DNA from: a virus
Virus record (IMG/VR): IMGVR_UViG_3300023504_000004
Coordinates: 16,857 to 80,856 of that record
Reading direction: 5' to 3' (one strand)
Length of the DNA: 64,000 nucleotides
The translations under genes and the position numbers were made by a program. This document shows, piece by piece, positions 62,651 through 64,000 of the stretch (the first letter of the stretch is position 1; every line of letters starts with the position of its first letter). The notes beneath the pieces were generated by a model. The model did no database searches. It saw only the letters and a list, made by a program, of their open reading frames with translations, and had not been told where the DNA came from.

Positions 62651-63035
62651 AATTATCGATGAGTTTAAGCTACAGAAATGCGGTGCTTTTATCTGTAAAA
62701 AATGTGATGCTAACATTCCCAACATCAGGAAATATAAATACATAGACATATGCGAATATTGGTACGGTGATGAAGACTGTATGGGTGAAAATCCATGGAT
62801 CGATGTTGAAGGCATAGGATATGGTTCTATTTGGTGCAGTAACTGGCTACGTTGTCATTCAAAATTCCTGCAACGCAGAGCAATCAGGAAATACGCACGG
62901 CGGTTTATAGAATTAATGCGCGAAAACACTCTGGTGCTCACATATAAATTTGATGGTGCTGAGTGCTTCGGATTTATGTTTGGTGATAGCTGTTATGTAC
63001 AGGTTCGAGTGAGCAATAAAGAACTGAATATATAG
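62637..63035 (+). CDS. Hypothetical Cys-rich protein
   Basis: Internal ATG of ORF 62619-63035, after 'ccggaggtctcaa'. Confidence 0.45.
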   Translation: MNLVKIIDEFKLQKCGAFICKKCDANIPNIRKYKYIDICEYWYGDEDCMGENPWIDVEGIGYGSIWCSNWLRCHSKFLQRRAIRKYARRFIELMRENTLVLTYKFDGAECFGFMFGDSCYVQVRVSNKELNI

Positions 63036-63043
63036 GAGAACAC

Positions 63044-63286
63044 ATGGAAGAAGAGAGTGAAGTTAAAACCGTTTTAGTAAAAATGAAATGTGATAAATGC
63101 AAAAAAGGATTCATGGAGAAAGACGGAAATGTTATATTTCCATCATTTCCTCCTCAATTTCCACACAAATGTAATAATTGCGCACATATCGAGAATTATA
63201 TAAAACAGTATCCGTATGTAAAATATGTGACTACAATACACGATGGTGATTATTTAGACAAGGATATGTCAGCAACCAGTTTTTAG
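63044..63286 (+). CDS. Zinc-ribbon protein
   Basis: CDKC...CNNC pairs. Preceded by 'tataggagaacacATG'. Confidence 0.5.
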   Translation: MEEESEVKTVLVKMKCDKCKKGFMEKDGNVIFPSFPPQFPHKCNNCAHIENYIKQYPYVKYVTTIHDGDYLDKDMSATSF

Positions 63287-63298
63287 AAGGAGAAATAG

Positions 63299-63535
63299 AT
63301 GGGATTAATTAAATTTCATATTGCATTTTCGTTATTATGTCTGATTACATTTTATGGCTTTGCAAAAGTATTTTATAACAACATTAAAAAGAATGGTTAT
63401 ATTAATGATGATCCAGTGACATTAAATCTTGGGATATGGTCATTTTTCATTCCAATCATGAATGTGCTTCTTGTAGTCGCAGTGTTTGTGATGATTTTTA
63501 TCAAGAAAGACGATTTGCTAAAATTTGGAGAATAA
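63299..63535 (+). CDS. Small membrane protein (2 TM helices)
   Basis: Hydrophobic segments 'IAFSLLCLITFYGF' and 'LGIWSFFIPIMNVLLVVAVFVMIFI'. SD 'tagaaggagaaatag'. Confidence 0.5.
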   Translation: MGLIKFHIAFSLLCLITFYGFAKVFYNNIKKNGYINDDPVTLNLGIWSFFIPIMNVLLVVAVFVMIFIKKDDLLKFGE

Positions 63536-63574
63536 TAATAGTAACAAATAAAACCGTTGTTTCAGGAGGAAGAA

Positions 63575-63766
63575 ATGTTAAAGAGAGTTTCGGTATGCCA
63601 AGTTACATTGAATCCTCAATTTTGTACAATTAAAGATTATAAAACCCTTGAGAATCTCGGTTTTAATGTGGCTTGGATGGATGATAATGGAGATAATTCA
63701 TACGAAATAGTAACCATATGTGAAGAGTTCTTGACAGAAGAATCAGAGGACTGGAATTTAAATTAA
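63575..63766 (+). CDS. Hypothetical acidic protein
   Basis: Internal ATG of ORF 63557-63766, after 'gtttcaggaggaagaaATG'. Confidence 0.45.
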   Translation: MLKRVSVCQVTLNPQFCTIKDYKTLENLGFNVAWMDDNGDNSYEIVTICEEFLTEESEDWNLN

Positions 63767-63818
63767 TTGCAAATATTAACAAAAGAATATTCAGTAGATT
63801 TAAATAGGAGAATTTTAA

Positions 63819-63959
63819 ATGAAGAACACAAATTGGAAAGTACCTGTTATTACCAGAGTAGGAATTTTTGCTATTGTATTAATGATTGTATTTGGTATCC
63901 AGGGAGCACAGAACAAAGCGATTGCATATGAAGAACAGGTCTATACTGCTGATTCAGAT
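63819..63959 (+). CDS. 5' part of a membrane-protein CDS, truncated. The reading frame runs into adapter sequence.
   Basis: ATG after 'aataggagaatttta'. MKNTNWKVPVITRVGIFAIVLMIVFGIQGAQNK... The genuine sequence ends where the Illumina adapter begins at 63960. Confidence 0.4.
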
Positions 63960-63992
63960 AGATCGGAAGAGCGTCGTGTAGGGAAAGAGTGT
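63960..63992. other. Illumina TruSeq adapter sequence (sequencing or assembly artefact)
   Basis: Exact 33-nt match to AGATCGGAAGAGCGTCGTGTAGGGAAAGAGTGT at the 3' end of the window. Confidence 0.9.
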
Positions 63993-64000
63993 CTTCGCCT

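Noticed and set aside
397-64000. Most minus-strand ORFs in the six-frame track (e.g. 397-606, 767-1090, 1939-2388, 11802-12296, 15268-15714, 26129-26515, 41328-41840, 49984-50292)
   Set aside because: They lie antisense within well-supported + strand genes. They lack SD sequences. They are the low-complexity products expected from the reverse complement of A/T-rich coding DNA. Only 18750-18971 has an independent motif (HTH) and its own intergenic context.
1-64000. CRISPR arrays, rRNA genes, IS/transposase genes
   Set aside because: No direct-repeat/spacer arrays, no rRNA-like conserved stretches, and no DDE/IS-type transposase motifs were seen. The only recombinase is the small tyrosine recombinase at 17987-18742.
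1-64000. Stop-codon reassignment (TAG or TGA recoding, common in some gut phages)
   Set aside because: Well-supported genes terminate with TAA, TAG and TGA alike (e.g. 8528 TGA, 34234 TAG, 3550 TAG), and long ORFs are not interrupted by in-frame stops. The standard code applies.

Overview
This 64-kb window is low in GC and is transcribed almost entirely on the + strand. It reads as the early, nucleic-acid-metabolism and replication region of a large tailed phage or prophage with a Firmicutes-like host. It uses the standard genetic code: TAA, TAG and TGA all terminate genes. No capsid, tail, terminase or lysis genes are visible in the window.

Layout from 5' to 3':
- 225-3550: a repeat-containing orphan protein followed by a gamma-class N6-adenine DNA methyltransferase.
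- 3.7-17.6 kb: about 45 tightly packed small orphan ORFs, most preceded by a conserved 'TTTCA-GGAGG' Shine-Dalgarno context.
- 17.9-20.3 kb: an embedded cassette. It holds a rho-independent terminator, a small tyrosine recombinase, a divergent XRE-type HTH regulator, a MazF/PemK-family toxin behind a near-consensus sigma-A promoter with triplicated operator-like repeats, a second strong promoter, and two tRNA genes (Gln-UUG-like and Leu-CAA) separated by highly structured spacers.
- 20.4-32.9 kb: two sigma-70-like factors, a DUF262/ParB-like protein, a 689-aa orphan, two paralogs sharing an N-terminal 'GVFETNSSS.HSL' motif, two radical-SAM enzymes (CxxxCxxC) flanking a zinc-ribbon protein, and an HNH-AP2 homing endonuclease.
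- 33.1-36.0 kb: an SPFH/band-7 protein flanked by small membrane proteins, and a second, beta-class DNA methyltransferase.
- 37.7-42.2 kb: an RNA-repair trio: a Thg1-like 3'-5' nucleotidyltransferase, an RNA ligase (KxDG motif), and a P-loop polynucleotide kinase fused to an HD phosphohydrolase.
- 45.5-47.5 kb: phage-encoded FolD, then a tRNA–HNH endonuclease–tRNA arrangement.
- 48.8-61.6 kb: the replication module. It comprises an SSB-like protein, a RecA-like ATPase, a DnaB-like helicase, a DnaG-like primase, a DHH phosphoesterase, a 1069-aa DnaE-type Pol III alpha, and a RecD-like helicase.

The last ~40 nt of the window (63960-63992) match the Illumina TruSeq adapter exactly, so the 3' end of the contig is artefactual.

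All functional calls rest on motifs read by eye. No database search was possible.
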